NCBI GenBank assembly: GCA_965213685.1
Contig: CBDBZY010000042.1
Span: 1 to 63,665, forward strand
Length of the DNA: 63,665 nucleotides
Reading direction: 5' to 3'
From: a bacterium
Lineage (GTDB): Bacteria; UBA8248
Below, in pieces: positions 18,951-30,138 of the stretch; positions within the stretch are counted from its first letter, which is position 1, and the number at the start of each line of letters is the position of its first letter. A program made the translations under genes and the position numbers. A model generated the notes under the pieces. That model made no database searches. It saw only the letters and a program-made list of their open reading frames with translations, and was not told the origin of the DNA.

Positions 18951-19472
18951 ATGCGACTCGTCATTGATGGATACAACCTCATTCCCGCCATCCCGGAGCT
19001 CCGGCGCGTCCTTCACCAGGACCTTGAAGCCGGGCGGGACGGCCTCATCGAGATGCTCCGGAGCTACCGGAGGAATGCGGGCGGAAATTCCCGAATCACC
19101 GTCGTGTTCGACGGGAAGTCTCACCACGACCACCAGCGGGGGCCGGGGGGGAGTGCGGAGGGGATCGAGGTGTTGTTCTCCAGACACGAAATCGCCGACG
19201 ACCTGATTTTGCGCCTCCTGAAGGATCGGCACAGAGGCGCCATTCTGGTCACGTCGGACAGGGCGCTCGGAGAGGCGGCGGCGCCCCATGCATCGGCCGT
19301 CGTGCGGACGGGCGAGTTTCGGGAGCGCCTCTATGAGGCGTCGTTCATGGATGGGGACGCGCCGGAGTCCGAGGCGACCCGGACGCCCAGGCGCGACACC
19401 TGGAAAAAAGGAAACCCGAGGCGCGCGTCCAAGAAAGAGCGCAGGCGCAGCCGGCAGATCAGGAACCTGTAA
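18951..19472 (+). CDS. NYN/YacP-like PIN-domain ribonuclease
   Basis: LVIDGYNL, VVFDG, ADD, VTSDR, basic C-terminal tail. Confidence 0.82.
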   Translation: MRLVIDGYNLIPAIPELRRVLHQDLEAGRDGLIEMLRSYRRNAGGNSRITVVFDGKSHHDHQRGPGGSAEGIEVLFSRHEIADDLILRLLKDRHRGAILVTSDRALGEAAAPHASAVVRTGEFRERLYEASFMDGDAPESEATRTPRRDTWKKGNPRRASKKERRRSRQIRNL

Positions 19473-19633
19473 TTCTCCTGCGGACCCGGGCGCGCGTCAT
19501 GCCCGCGCGCTTTCGCGATCCGCCTCCTGGTGACCAGGACGATTCTTGCGGTTTTTCCCGAAAAACTCCCGCGCCGCCAAGGCGCACGGCTCCCTCCTCC
19601 CTCCTGGCGGCCCGGCGAGAGGCGCGGCGGAGC

Positions 19634-20553
19634 CTACTCCGAGCGGAGTCTGGGGTCGAGGGTGTCGCGCACGGCGTCGCCGAACAGGTTGAAGGCGAAG
19701 ACAGCGGCCGTGATGGCCAGACCGGGGAAAACCGGAATCCAGGGCGCGCTCTCGGCGTATTCCTCCGCACCCCCCTGGAGCATCAGGCCCCAGGCCGCCG
19801 TGGGCTCCTGCACCCCGAGCCCCAGATAGGAGAGCGAGGCCTCGAGCAGTATCGCCTGGCCCAGAAACGAGGTGAGCATGATGAGATAGGGCGCCATGAC
19901 GTTGGGGATCATGTGCCGGAAGATGATGCGCACGTGCGCGAAGCCCAGCGCCCTGGCGGCGTCCACATAGGGAATCTCGCGAATGGACAGCGCGCTCGAG
20001 CGCACCACCCGGGCGCATTCGGGATGAGGGGAATCAGTGATCGCGACGATCACGTTCTCGGTGCCGGTGCCGAAGCACGGCAACCACCGCAGAGGGCCAG
20101 GATGATGCTCAGGGAAGGCGATCCAGATGTCGATGATAGCGCTGGAAGATGATATCGATCCATACCGCCGAAATAGGCGCTGGCCACGCCCAGGATGAGG
20201 CCGATGGAGGAGCCGCAGGATGCGCCGCCGTGAAACCGACCAGCATGGCGGTTCGCGCGCCGTAGATGAGCGCTGGAGAAAATATCACGGCCGAACTCGT
20301 CGGTGCCGAGCCAGTGGTCCGGCAGATTGGGCGACGTCAGCATGGCTGGCGAAATCGTTCTCTTCCGGATCGTACGGCGCGATGAAGTTCGGCGAAGACC
20401 GCCGCGAAGATCATCATCGAGAATGAGGAACGCGCTCGCCGCGCCGAGCGGCTTTCGTCTCGCGAGGTCTTTCAGCCTCCTCGCCAGGGAGGGCTCGGAC
20501 GGAGAGTCGTCGAAATCCGCTCCGGAGACGGCGGCATCGGTGGGAGACGCCAT
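19634..20553 (-). CDS. Peptide/nickel ABC permease (DppC-like), several frameshifts
   Basis: HWLGTDEFGRDIFS, YVDAARALG, RHMIPN, EASLSYLGLG, FNLFGDAVRDTLDPR spread over different frames. Confidence 0.8.
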
Positions 20554-20567
20554 CGAGAAATCTCCGC

Positions 20568-21543
20568 TTAGCTGTAGCGAATGCGCGGGTCGAGCCAGGC
20601 ATAGAGAGCATGTCGATGACCAGGTTCGTCACGATGAAAACGTCACGGCCACGATCATGACCAGGGCCTGGGTCATGGTGTAGTCGTGGTTCGTCACCGG
20701 CTCGACGAAAAGTTTCCCGAGGCCGTTCAGGTTGAACACCTGCTCCGTCACCACCAGCCCGCCCATCAGGAAGGCGAACTCGATGCCGACCAGGGTCGCC
20801 ACCGGCAGCAGCGAGTTTTTCAGGGCGTGGCGGTTGATGATGAGTTTCTCCAACAGCCCCTTGGCGCGGGCGGTGCGCACATAGTCCTCCCGCAGCACCT
20901 CCAGGAGTGCCGAGCGGGTCATGCGCGTGGCGACGGCCGAGTATCGGTAGCCGGTGGCGACGGCCGGCCAGATGAGCTGCGACAGGTTGGCCAGCGGATC
21001 CTCCCATATGGGGGTGTAGTGAATGGGCGGCATCCAGGGGGAGCCGAAGAACTTCTGGGTCATGATCAACAGGCCGAGAATGATGAGGATGCCCAGCCAG
21101 AAAGAGGGCATGGCGATGCCCGCGATGCTGAACGAGCGCACGAGGTAGTCTATCCAGGTGTCCTGCTTGATGGCGGAGATCGCCCCCAGCGGAATGGCGA
21201 TGATGGTGGCGGTGAGAGTCGCCATGATCGCCACCTGCAGCGAGAGCTCGAACCGCAGGCCGATCTCATGCAGAATCGGCTTGCCCGTCCACATGGAATT
21301 GCCCAGGTCGAACGTGAAAAATCCCGTGATGAAATCCAGAAACTGCGCCGGGATGGGCGCGTCGATGCCCAGGTTCTGCTGGCACGTCCGTATCGCGTCC
21401 TGGTCCACATACATGCCCGTGCCGGCCATGCGGAGCTCGCACACGTCGCCGGGTATCAGGCGCAGCATGAAAAACACCAGCACCGCCGCCCCTAGGAGCG
21501 TCGGAAACATCAGGAGGATTCTCTTGAGCGCGTACTTGTACAT
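20568..21543 (-). CDS. Peptide/nickel ABC permease (DppB-like), frameshifted near the C-terminus
   Basis: RLIPGD, TRSALLEVLREDYVRTARAKGL, HALKNSLLP; natural end YAWLDPRIRYS* in another frame. Confidence 0.85.
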
Positions 21544-21671
21544 CTAGTATGGCCCCTGCCCTTCACGCCGCGCGCGCGATCCCGCGCTCCTCGCCCGGAA
21601 GCGTCCCCCCTCTCCCCCTGCCGACGCGACGACCGGGCGGGCGGGGGAGGCGGGGACGCGATCCGCGCCGG

Positions 21672-23296
21672 CTACTGGTCGAGCCAGACGTTGTCCAGGT
21701 GCTGGTTCAGATAGTGGCTCGGCGCGATCTTCCAACCCTTCACATAGCTGCGGTGCGGGTTGATCTTGTACCACCAGAGCGTCACGAACTGATGCGCCAT
21801 CTCGTCGAGTGCGCGCTTCTCGTATTTGCGCATGATCGCGCGCTGCTTCTTCAGGTCGGGCTCGCGGTTCATCTGCTCAAACCACTTGTCGAGCTGGCGA
21901 TCCTGGTATTGCGCGTACTGGTTGCCCGCCTTGTCGTCGGAGATGAATTTCGACACATCCACCAGGGGGTTGATGACCGACTGGCAGTTGAAGTCGATGG
22001 ACACGTCGAAGTTCTTCTTCTTCCGGAGCGTGGCGTAGAAGGGGCCGGAGGGCTGCACCCACTGCTTGGCCTTCAGGCCGACCTTCCGCCACTGGTCGAT
22101 GACCCAGGTGCCCACGACCTTGTAGGGCTGATCCACGCCGCGGTTGTGCAGGGTGAACTCGAAGCCGCCCGGGAAGCCGGCCTCTTTCAGGAGCCTTTTT
22201 GCCTCGGCGCGGGATTTCTCGATGTCCGGCCAGTAGCCGGCGATCTTCGTCAGCTCCTCTTTCGTCGCCGCCAGCGGATGCTTGGGGGAAACACCACGCC
22301 GCCGACGGTCTTCACGATGGCGATGCGGGACAGGTATTTGGAGCCGCCCCAGCGGTCGATCGCCAGGGTCAGGGCCCGGCGGACGCGCGCGTCGTCGAAA
22401 GGCTTGCGCTTGTGGTTGGGCGTGATCATGAGGTTGCAGTTCCAGTCGCTCTCCTGGACCGTGAGCTTATCCCCGAGGGCGCGCTTGAGGTCATCGCGCG
22501 CCTTGGGCGGGAAGCCGCGAAATTCGATGGCCGCGCGGTCCCCTCGGATGGCCTGGAGACGAATGGCCATCTTGGGCGCGGAAATCGCCCGATAGCCGTC
22601 GATGTAGGGCTTTCCCTTGTGATGGTATTTGGCGTAGCGCTTGCCCTCGACGAACGCGCCCGGCTGGTGCTGCACGAACCGGAAGGCGCCCGTTCCGTTC
22701 ACGTTCTTCTGGTGCCATTTGTGGCCGTGCTTGTCGAGGTCGGCCTTGGAGTAGATGAAGTTGTAGGGCAGTGCGAGCGCCGGAACGAAGGCGCCCGTCG
22801 GGTATTTCAGCTGGAAGACCAGCGTTTCGGGGTCCGGTGCCGTGACCGACTTCACCATGCTGAAAAACGCCTTGCGGTTGCTCTCGATGCCCTTGGGCGG
22901 GTTGATGATCTTGTCGTACGTCGCCTTGACGTCCGCAGAGGTGAGCTTCTGGCCGTCGTGGAACCAGATGTCCTTGCGAATTTTGAAGGTGTATTTCGTA
23001 TGTCCTTCGGTGGGCTGGGGCACGCCGCCCGCGCACACGTCGCAGACGAAATCCGTCGGCGAGGAGGGATTGTCCGGATTCACGCGAATCAACAGGCTGT
23101 AGAAAGGACGAATCGGGTGAATCATCCCGAACGTGGATTCGATGTGGCCATCGTATGAGGGAATCTTGCTGCCGACGACGAACTTCAGGACGCCGCCCCT
23201 TTTGGGGGCCGCCTCGGCTGTGGGGGCGAGGCTCCAGAGCGTCAGGGCGAGTGCCGACGCCATGGCGCAGAAGAGCCTGAAACGGGAGTTCCGCAT
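21672..23296 (-). CDS. Family 5 ABC substrate-binding protein (DppA-like), frameshift near 22285
   Basis: Signal peptide, PKRGGVL, FHDGQKLTSADV, NGTGAF, PFDDARVRRAL, C-terminal LDNVWLD. Confidence 0.85.
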
Positions 23297-23423
23297 GTGA
23301 GTATCTCCTCTTGGGATTATTCCGGTGGAGTCCATCCACCACCAAATCACGGCGACATGGAGCGATGAAAAAAAGACAAACGCGATCCGGACATTTCAAC
23401 TCTTCAAATTTAAAATTTAGAAT

Positions 23424-24437
23424 TCAAACTTCCGTGCAGGCCACCCAATGGCCTGGCCGCAACTCCCGCAGCGCGGGCGTCTCTGTGGCGCAACCCTCCA
23501 CGGCGATGGGGCAACGCGGATGAAACACGCAGCCCGGCGGCGGGTTGATCGGGCTGGGCACCTCTCCCGCCACGATGCTGATGTCCCGCTTCTGCTCCAC
23601 GTCCGGGTCCGGCACGGGGACGGCGGAGAGCAACGCCTGCGTATACGGGTGCATGGGATTATCGTACAATTCATCGCAATCCGCCAGTTCCACGATCCGG
23701 CCCAGATACATGACCGCCACGCGATGGCAAAGGTGGCGCACCACGCTCAAATCGTGCGCGATGAACAGATACGTCAGATTGTATTCATCGCGCAGATCCT
23801 CGAGCAAGTTGATGATCTGCGCCTGAATCGACACGTCGAGGGCCGAGACGGGCTCGTCGCAGATGATGAACTCGGGCCGCAGGCTCAACGCCCGGGCGAT
23901 GCCCACGCGCTGGCGCTGCCCGCCGCTCATCTCGTGGGGGTATCTGTCCGCCATCCCGGAGCTGAGTCCGCAGACGCTGAGCAGCTCGCCGATTCTCTCC
24001 TTCCGCTTCCGGGCGTCCGGTTCGACTCCGTGCACATACATGGGCTCGTCTATCATCTCGCCTATCTTCATGCGCGGATTCAGGGAGCTGTAGGGGTCCT
24101 GAAAGATGACCTGTATCTTCCGCCGATACGCGCGCAACGCGACATGATCGAGTTTCGTCAAGTCCACCCCCTCAAAAACGATCTCCCCCTCCGTGGGCCG
24201 CTCCAGCTGGAGGATGCACCTTCCCGTCGTCGTCTTCCCGCAGCCGCTCTCTCCCACGAGGCCGAGCGTCTCGCCCCGCCTGATGTGAAAATCCACCCCG
24301 TCCACCGCCTTCACCAGGCCGACCAGCTTGTTGAAAATCACGCCCTCGGTGATGGGGAAGTGCATCTTGAGGCCCCGGACGGCGAGCAGGACGTCGTCGG
24401 CCTCCTCGTTGCGCGAGGTTCGCGCATCCGCCTTCAC
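23424..24437 (-). CDS. Oligopeptide ABC ATP-binding protein (DppF/OppF)
   Basis: [42 protein letters not shown]; GTG start after GGAGGAG. Confidence 0.92.
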   Translation of the reverse strand: MKADARTSRNEEADDVLLAVRGLKMHFPITEGVIFNKLVGLVKAVDGVDFHIRRGETLGLVGESGCGKTTTGRCILQLERPTEGEIVFEGVDLTKLDHVALRAYRRKIQVIFQDPYSSLNPRMKIGEMIDEPMYVHGVEPDARKRKERIGELLSVCGLSSGMADRYPHEMSGGQRQRVGIARALSLRPEFIICDEPVSALDVSIQAQIINLLEDLRDEYNLTYLFIAHDLSVVRHLCHRVAVMYLGRIVELADCDELYDNPMHPYTQALLSAVPVPDPDVEQKRDISIVAGEVPSPINPPPGCVFHPRCPIAVEGCATETPALRELRPGHWVACTEV

Positions 24438-24465
24438 GATGGCTCCTCCGCCGCCGCCCATTCGC

Positions 24466-25455
24466 TCATCCTCCGCCCTTTTGGAGATTCCGCTTCTCCC
24501 AGCAAGCGGAGAGGCGCCCGTTCCCTATCGTTTCGAGCGGCGGCGTCTCGCGCCCGCACCTGTCCACGGCGAACTTGCACCGGGGCAGAAAAGCGCAGCC
24601 CGCGCCCAGGTGCGTGAGGTCGGGCGGCTGGCCCTCGATGGGGTCCAGGCGCTTTTTTCTGGGCCGGTCCAGCCTCGGCACGGAGCCCAACAGCCCGAGC
24701 GTGTAGGGGTGGCTGGGGTCGCGGTAGATGTCTGCGGCGGGGCCGCGCTCGATGATCTTTCCGGCATACATGACGTTCACCCGATCCGCGTAGCGGGCCA
24801 CCACGCCGAGGTTGTGCGTGATGATGATGAGCGCCACGCCCAGGTGCTTGGTGAGGTTTTTCATCAACTCGAGAATCTGGGCCTGGATGGTGACGTCGAG
24901 GGCCGTCGTCGGCTCATCCGCGATGATGAGACTGGGCTCGCAGCAAAGCGCCATCGCGATCATCACCCGCTGGCGCATCCCGCCGCTGAGGTGGTGGGGG
25001 TATTGGCGAATGCGCCGCTCCGGCTCCGAGATGCCGACGAGGTGGAGATATTCCACCGCCTTCCTCTCCGCGGCGGCCCTATCCATGCCCAGGTGATGCT
25101 CCATCGTCTCGGTGAGCTGCAGGCCGATGGTCAGGACGGGATTGAGGGACGTCATCGGCTCCTGGAAGATCATGGCGATCTGGCGTCCCCGGACGCGCCG
25201 GATTTGCAGGTCGTCCAGCTGGAGCAGATCCTCGCCGAGAAATCGTATCGCCCCGCCGACGATGCGCCCGGGAGGATTCGGAATGAGGCGGAGAATCGAG
25301 AGTGCGCTGACGGATTTTCCGCAGCCGGATTCGCCGACGATCGCCACCGTCTCCCCCTCCTCCACATCGTAGGAGACGCCGTCCACCGCCTTCACGACGC
25401 CGGCGGCGGTGAAGAAATGGGTGTGAAGACCCTCGATTTCCAAAAGCGCGCTCAT
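24466..25455 (-). CDS. Oligopeptide ABC ATP-binding protein (DppD/OppD)
   Basis: [38 protein letters not shown]. Confidence 0.92.
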   Translation of the reverse strand: MSALLEIEGLHTHFFTAAGVVKAVDGVSYDVEEGETVAIVGESGCGKSVSALSILRLIPNPPGRIVGGAIRFLGEDLLQLDDLQIRRVRGRQIAMIFQEPMTSLNPVLTIGLQLTETMEHHLGMDRAAAERKAVEYLHLVGISEPERRIRQYPHHLSGGMRQRVMIAMALCCEPSLIIADEPTTALDVTIQAQILELMKNLTKHLGVALIIITHNLGVVARYADRVNVMYAGKIIERGPAADIYRDPSHPYTLGLLGSVPRLDRPRKKRLDPIEGQPPDLTHLGAGCAFLPRCKFAVDRCGRETPPLETIGNGRLSACWEKRNLQKGGG

Positions 25456-25546
25456 CAACCCCTCACCCCTGCAAGACCAGGAGATCGAACACGTTGCGTA
25501 AAATGTAGGCGGAAGTTTGCATTGTGAACTCAGGACAAGAGGGACA

Positions 25547-25575
25547 ACCCTACATCCTGCGGGAGGCAAAGTCAA
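25547..25575 (-). promoter_or_regulatory. Possible sigma70 promoter of the dpp operon
   Basis: Minus strand TTGACT-N17-TAGGGT. Confidence 0.35.
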
Positions 25576-25646
25576 TCGCCAAAAACCAGGCACACGGCCG
25601 CATGCCCTGCCCACAGGACGAAGGGGAGGAGTGCGCGGAGCGCGCG

Positions 25647-27764
25647 TCAGGCGAGGTCTCCGGCGGTGAGGAAGAGCGCGTCGGCGACGAGGCACCCGCG
25701 CCCCTCCTCGCGGACGAAAACGGGGTTCAGATCCACCTCCCGAATATGTTCGCGGTGGGCGAGAGCGAGGTCTCCCAAAAGACGGATCGCCTCGGCGAAG
25801 GCCGCCCTGTCCAATGGCCCGCGTCCCCGGTGGCTGCCGAATATGGCGCTGCACCGCAGCTCGTCCATCATCTCGTAGGCGTCGTCCAGCGCCAGGGGCA
25901 CCGCGCGCACGCTCACGTCGTCGAGCAGCTCCACGTTGACGCCGCCGAGCCCGATCGTCACCATCGGGCCGAATTGCGGGCTCATCTTCGCGCCCAGCAA
26001 AAACTCGACGCCGTCCCGCACCTCCTCCTGCACCAGATAGCCCGCCAGCGCCTCCCCCTCCCATCGACCCTCCATTTTCGCCAGCGCGGCTTCGAGGCCC
26101 GCCCCATCCCGTATCCCCGTTTCCACCAGCCCCCATTCCGTCTTGTGGCGAATCCGGGGGGAAACCCCCTTGAGAACGAGCGGGAAGCGCAAATCCCTCC
26201 CCGCGCGGTCGACGTCTTCCCTGGAGCGGCAGAACCGATGGGGCGCCACGGGCAAGCCAAAATCACCCGCGAGCCTCAGGCATTGCGCATCATCCAGCGG
26301 GCGCGCGCCCGACAGCGTCGGAGGGGACGGGAGCGATGCCGCCTCGCCATCGCGCCGGGAGCCGCGCCGGCCCCTCCTCTCCAGAACCCTCCCATACCGA
26401 ACGAGGGCCGCAGCGGCGGCGGCGCACCCGGAGACGGAGTGAAACGAGGCCACCCCCTCCCTGGCCAGCAGCCTGTGGGCGTCCTCCGCGTGGGGGTTGA
26501 GATAGGCGAGCATGGGAACGTTCGGGGTTTTCGCCCTGGCGCGCACGATGGGTTCGACGCCCATCTCGGGCCGGAACTGGGCGCTGGAGCCCACGATGGG
26601 GATCACCATGTCGAATGCTCCGCTCTCCAGAAAAGACTCCAGAAAATCCGCATACAGATGAATGTCCGCGATGGTGGTGTCCAGCGGGTTTTCCAGCCGC
26701 AAAAACGCAAGGGGCGCCCTCTTCTCCATCCGGCGCCTGAGGGCGCCATCCACTCCGGCGACATCCAGACCGAGCGCCCCGCACCTGTCCGCCATCAAGG
26801 CGCCGGCACCGCCCGTCGTCGTCACGATGCCCACCCTGCGCCCTCGGGGAGGCGACGAGACGCAGAACATGTGGGCGACCTCGAAAAGCGCGTCGAGATC
26901 ATCCACCCGCGCGACGCCCCATCCCCGAAACAGCGCCTCGTAGTCCCTCTCCTCGCCCACCAACGCGCCCGTATGGCTTCGGGCCGCTCGCCTCCCCGCC
27001 CCCGTCGCGCCCACCTTCAGGACGACCAGGGGCTTCTTCCGGCGCAGCGCCTTCTCCAGTACCTTTCGGAACTTCTCCCCGTCGCGCACCCCCTCGAGAT
27101 AGACGGCGATGGCGCGGGTGCGGGAATCATCGACCAGGTAATCGAGATAATCCGACACGTCCAGGTCGGCCTCGTTGCCGCAGGAAACCAGGCAGCTGAA
27201 CCCGATGCCGCGCTGCGTCGCGCGAGAGAGCAGTGCTGCGCCGACGCTCCCGCTCTGGCAGACGACGCCGACGCTCCCCGGAATCATTTTTTCCGCGTCC
27301 AGCGCAATCAGGCCCGCGAGGTGAAGATTGCGGTGAAAGTTGTGAACGCCCGCCGTGTTCGGCCCGCAAACGCGAACGCCAGCGCTTCGGGCGACCGCCA
27401 GAACCTCAGCCTCCAGGCGCGCGCCCGCCTCATCCGCCTCGGAGAAGCCGGCCGTGTAGATGATGGCCGCCCCCACCCCCGCTTGCGCGCATTCGCCGAG
27501 GACGCCGGCCACCCGCTCTCTTCCCACGGCGATGAAGACGGCGTCCGGTGCCTCGGGAAGTGCCGCGAGCCTCGGCCAGCAGCGCACGCCGGCCACTTCC
27601 TCATACTTCGGGTTGACGGGATACACCCGCCCCTCGAACCCGTGGCGCAGCAGGTTGCTCACCACGCGACCGTTGAATTGCTCCAGGTTCGCCGACGCTC
27701 CGACCACGGCTACCGACCGCGGCGAGAGGAGACGCGCGACGCCCTCAGCGGCGGTTGGTCGCAT
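25647..27764 (-). CDS. ADP-forming acyl-CoA synthetase (fused alpha/beta)
   Basis: PRSVAVVGAS, PVNP, GPNT.G, QSGS, SCGNEAD, SHTGAL phospho-His, HKTE ATP-grasp. Confidence 0.9.
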   Translation of the reverse strand: MRPTAAEGVARLLSPRSVAVVGASANLEQFNGRVVSNLLRHGFEGRVYPVNPKYEEVAGVRCWPRLAALPEAPDAVFIAVGRERVAGVLGECAQAGVGAAIIYTAGFSEADEAGARLEAEVLAVARSAGVRVCGPNTAGVHNFHRNLHLAGLIALDAEKMIPGSVGVVCQSGSVGAALLSRATQRGIGFSCLVSCGNEADLDVSDYLDYLVDDSRTRAIAVYLEGVRDGEKFRKVLEKALRRKKPLVVLKVGATGAGRRAARSHTGALVGEERDYEALFRGWGVARVDDLDALFEVAHMFCVSSPPRGRRVGIVTTTGGAGALMADRCGALGLDVAGVDGALRRRMEKRAPLAFLRLENPLDTTIADIHLYADFLESFLESGAFDMVIPIVGSSAQFRPEMGVEPIVRARAKTPNVPMLAYLNPHAEDAHRLLAREGVASFHSVSGCAAAAAALVRYGRVLERRGRRGSRRDGEAASLPSPPTLSGARPLDDAQCLRLAGDFGLPVAPHRFCRSREDVDRAGRDLRFPLVLKGVSPRIRHKTEWGLVETGIRDGAGLEAALAKMEGRWEGEALAGYLVQEEVRDGVEFLLGAKMSPQFGPMVTIGLGGVNVELLDDVSVRAVPLALDDAYEMMDELRCSAIFGSHRGRGPLDRAAFAEAIRLLGDLALAHREHIREVDLNPVFVREEGRGCLVADALFLTAGDLA

Positions 27765-27801
27765 GGCGGGCGAATCTCCCGAAGTTCATGGCGTACGGAA
27801 A

Positions 27802-28953
27802 CTACGCCCCCGGCGGGCGCTGGCGGAAGGGACGCTCATAGATCAGGGAGGCGATGCGGTTTCGCAGCATCTCGACGGAACCGCCCGCGATGGACCACCC
27901 GCGAATTTTCCGGTAGAGAAACTCCAGCGGCATCTCGGTCGAAAAACCATAGCCGCCATGCAGCTGAATGGCGTCGTCCGCCACCTGGCGCGCCATCTCG
28001 TTGCAGTAGAGCTTCGCGCTGCTCGTCTCCAGGGCCGAGGGCAGGCCCGCGCGCGCGTTGGAGAGGGCGCGATACAACAGCAGGCGCGCCGCCTCGAGCT
28101 TCACCCGCATGTCCGCCACCATCCACTGCACTCCCTGAAACTCGCAAAGCGGGCGGCCGAACTGGCGCCTCTCCCGGGTGTGCGCCACCGTCATGTCGTA
28201 GGCCGCTTGGGCCAGGGCGAGGCAGCGCGTGGCGTTTCCCAACCGCTCCACGTTGAACACGGGCATGAGAAGCCGAAAGCCCTCCGCATCCACCAGCACG
28301 TTCTCCCTCGGGACGCGCGCGCCATCGAAGCGCAACGCGCAGTGCGCCTCCCCGCTCATGTAGTGCTCCGTCCTCCCCTTTGTGAAGCCGGGCGTTCCCG
28401 TCTCCACCACCACGGCCCCGCAATCCCTCGTCTGCGGGCCGAAGCGCACGTAGACGACGAACAAGTCCGCGTGCGGTGCGTTGGAGCTGAAGCATTTCTG
28501 GCCGTTGATGAGGACGCTCTCCCCGTCATATTCCGCCGTGGTCTGCAGGTCCGTGGCGGCGGAGCCGGCGTCGGGCTCCGTCATGCTGATGGAGATCACC
28601 CTCTCGCCCCGGCATATCGCAGGCAAAAACCGCTCTTTCTGGGCGGCGGTGCCCAACTCGTCAATCACCCGGATGGGACCCATGTTCCCCATCTGCACCA
28701 CGTCGCCGCTGTGGGGGCATACCTGCGAGACCGCCTCCATCACCAGGCACGCCTCGAAGATGGACCGCCCCGCCCCGTGGGGTTCCGCCACCGTCATGCC
28801 CATCATGCCGTGTGCGGCCAGCGTCCTCATGGAGCGTCTCGGGTATGCGCCCGTGCGCTCATAGGAGAAGGCGTCCCGGGCGAACTCCCGCACGGCCAGC
28901 TCCCGCGCCGTCTGCTGGAGCAGGCGGTCTGACTCTTCCATCTGGAAATCCAC
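27802..28953 (-). CDS. Acyl-CoA dehydrogenase family protein
   Basis: MTEPDAGS, NGQKCF, NVERL, RRQFGRPL, AIQLHGGYG; start uncertain (28953 GTG or 28974 ATG). Confidence 0.9.
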   Translation of the reverse strand: MDFQMEESDRLLQQTARELAVREFARDAFSYERTGAYPRRSMRTLAAHGMMGMTVAEPHGAGRSIFEACLVMEAVSQVCPHSGDVVQMGNMGPIRVIDELGTAAQKERFLPAICRGERVISISMTEPDAGSAATDLQTTAEYDGESVLINGQKCFSSNAPHADLFVVYVRFGPQTRDCGAVVVETGTPGFTKGRTEHYMSGEAHCALRFDGARVPRENVLVDAEGFRLLMPVFNVERLGNATRCLALAQAAYDMTVAHTRERRQFGRPLCEFQGVQWMVADMRVKLEAARLLLYRALSNARAGLPSALETSSAKLYCNEMARQVADDAIQLHGGYGFSTEMPLEFLYRKIRGWSIAGGSVEMLRNRIASLIYERPFRQRPPGA

Positions 28954-29246
28954 GAAAAACAAAACCTCGCGCATGGATACACGGGGGACGGGCTGCCCCC
29001 CGAACGGGGGCGCGCCATCGCCCCGCACACGGCGCATCCGCCCTCTCCCCCACCTTTTACAATACCTTGGGCTGCAAGGCGACGCCCCGGCGCGAGAAGC
29101 GCCGCGCCCATCCCGCACCCATTTTCCGGGCGAACGGCGAACGGGAAGCGCCCGCGAGGGGAGGAAATTCCGCCGGCGGGGCGCTTGGGATGACGCCCCG
29201 GTTGTTCTACAATTGGGGGAATCCGCCATTCGCCCGGGAGTCCGCC

Positions 29247-29954
29247 ATGACCGCCGCCGATGACGCGTCATTTCGCGTGGGCCTGCTGGTACCCTCGTCC
29301 AACGCCACGATGGAGCGCGATTTTCACAGGAGCCTGCCGGCGGCGGTCTCCGTTTCCACCTCCCGGATGTTTCTGGACGAGACGACCAGGCGGGCCGAAA
29401 TCCGCATGCTCGAAGAGTCGCTGCCCGAGGCGAGCCGGATGCTCCGGACGGTGCGCCCCCGGTTTTGCGTTTTCGGCTGCACGTCGGGCGGCGCCCTCTT
29501 CGGACGGGCCCACGACAGGAAGATACAGGCGCGAATCGAAGAGGCGACCGGCGCCGAGACGTCCACCATCCTCTCGGCGCTATCGAGAGAACTCACGGAG
29601 ATGGACGCCCGAAAAATGGTGGTGCTCACCCCCTACGTCGACGAGTTGAACGCGCCCATACGCGACGCGCTCGAAGAGGACGGACGCGAGGTGCTCTCGA
29701 TAGACGGCATGGGGATAACGGACAACATCGCTATCGGAAACACGGGGGCGAACGCCATTCTGCGCTTTGCGGACGAGCGGCTCTCCGGTCGGAATCTGCG
29801 GGAGGCGGATTGCCTTTTCATCTCCTGCACGAACCTGCCCGCCCTCGACGCGCTGCCCAGGATTCGCGCGCGCTATCCCGGCCTGCCGGTGATGACGAGC
29901 AATCTCGCCGCCCTCCTCGCGGTGCGGAGAAAACTCGAGATCGAGAGAGGATGA
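29247..29954 (+). CDS. Maleate isomerase / Asp-Glu racemase superfamily protein
   Basis: GLLVPSSNATME, GCTS and SCTNL two-cysteine site, TPY, TSN. Confidence 0.85.
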   Translation: MTAADDASFRVGLLVPSSNATMERDFHRSLPAAVSVSTSRMFLDETTRRAEIRMLEESLPEASRMLRTVRPRFCVFGCTSGGALFGRAHDRKIQARIEEATGAETSTILSALSRELTEMDARKMVVLTPYVDELNAPIRDALEEDGREVLSIDGMGITDNIAIGNTGANAILRFADERLSGRNLREADCLFISCTNLPALDALPRIRARYPGLPVMTSNLAALLAVRRKLEIERG

Positions 29955-30138
29955 TGGGGAGGGGGGGGCGTATCCCCCGCGGATGCGCGCGCGCCCTCCC
30001 CTTTTATCTCGCGGAAAAACCGGGGTAGGATGGACTCCCGCCTCATCGTAGCGCGGGGGCAGCCCGGCGGGTGGCCCGCTCCCCGGGGCGGCGGGCACCT
30101 GAACCCATGGCGACTCCCCAGGATGGAGTGAACCCCTC

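Noticed and set aside
25524-28256. 910-aa plus-strand ORF
   Set aside because: Antisense to the acyl-CoA ligase and ACAD genes, which carry clear motifs
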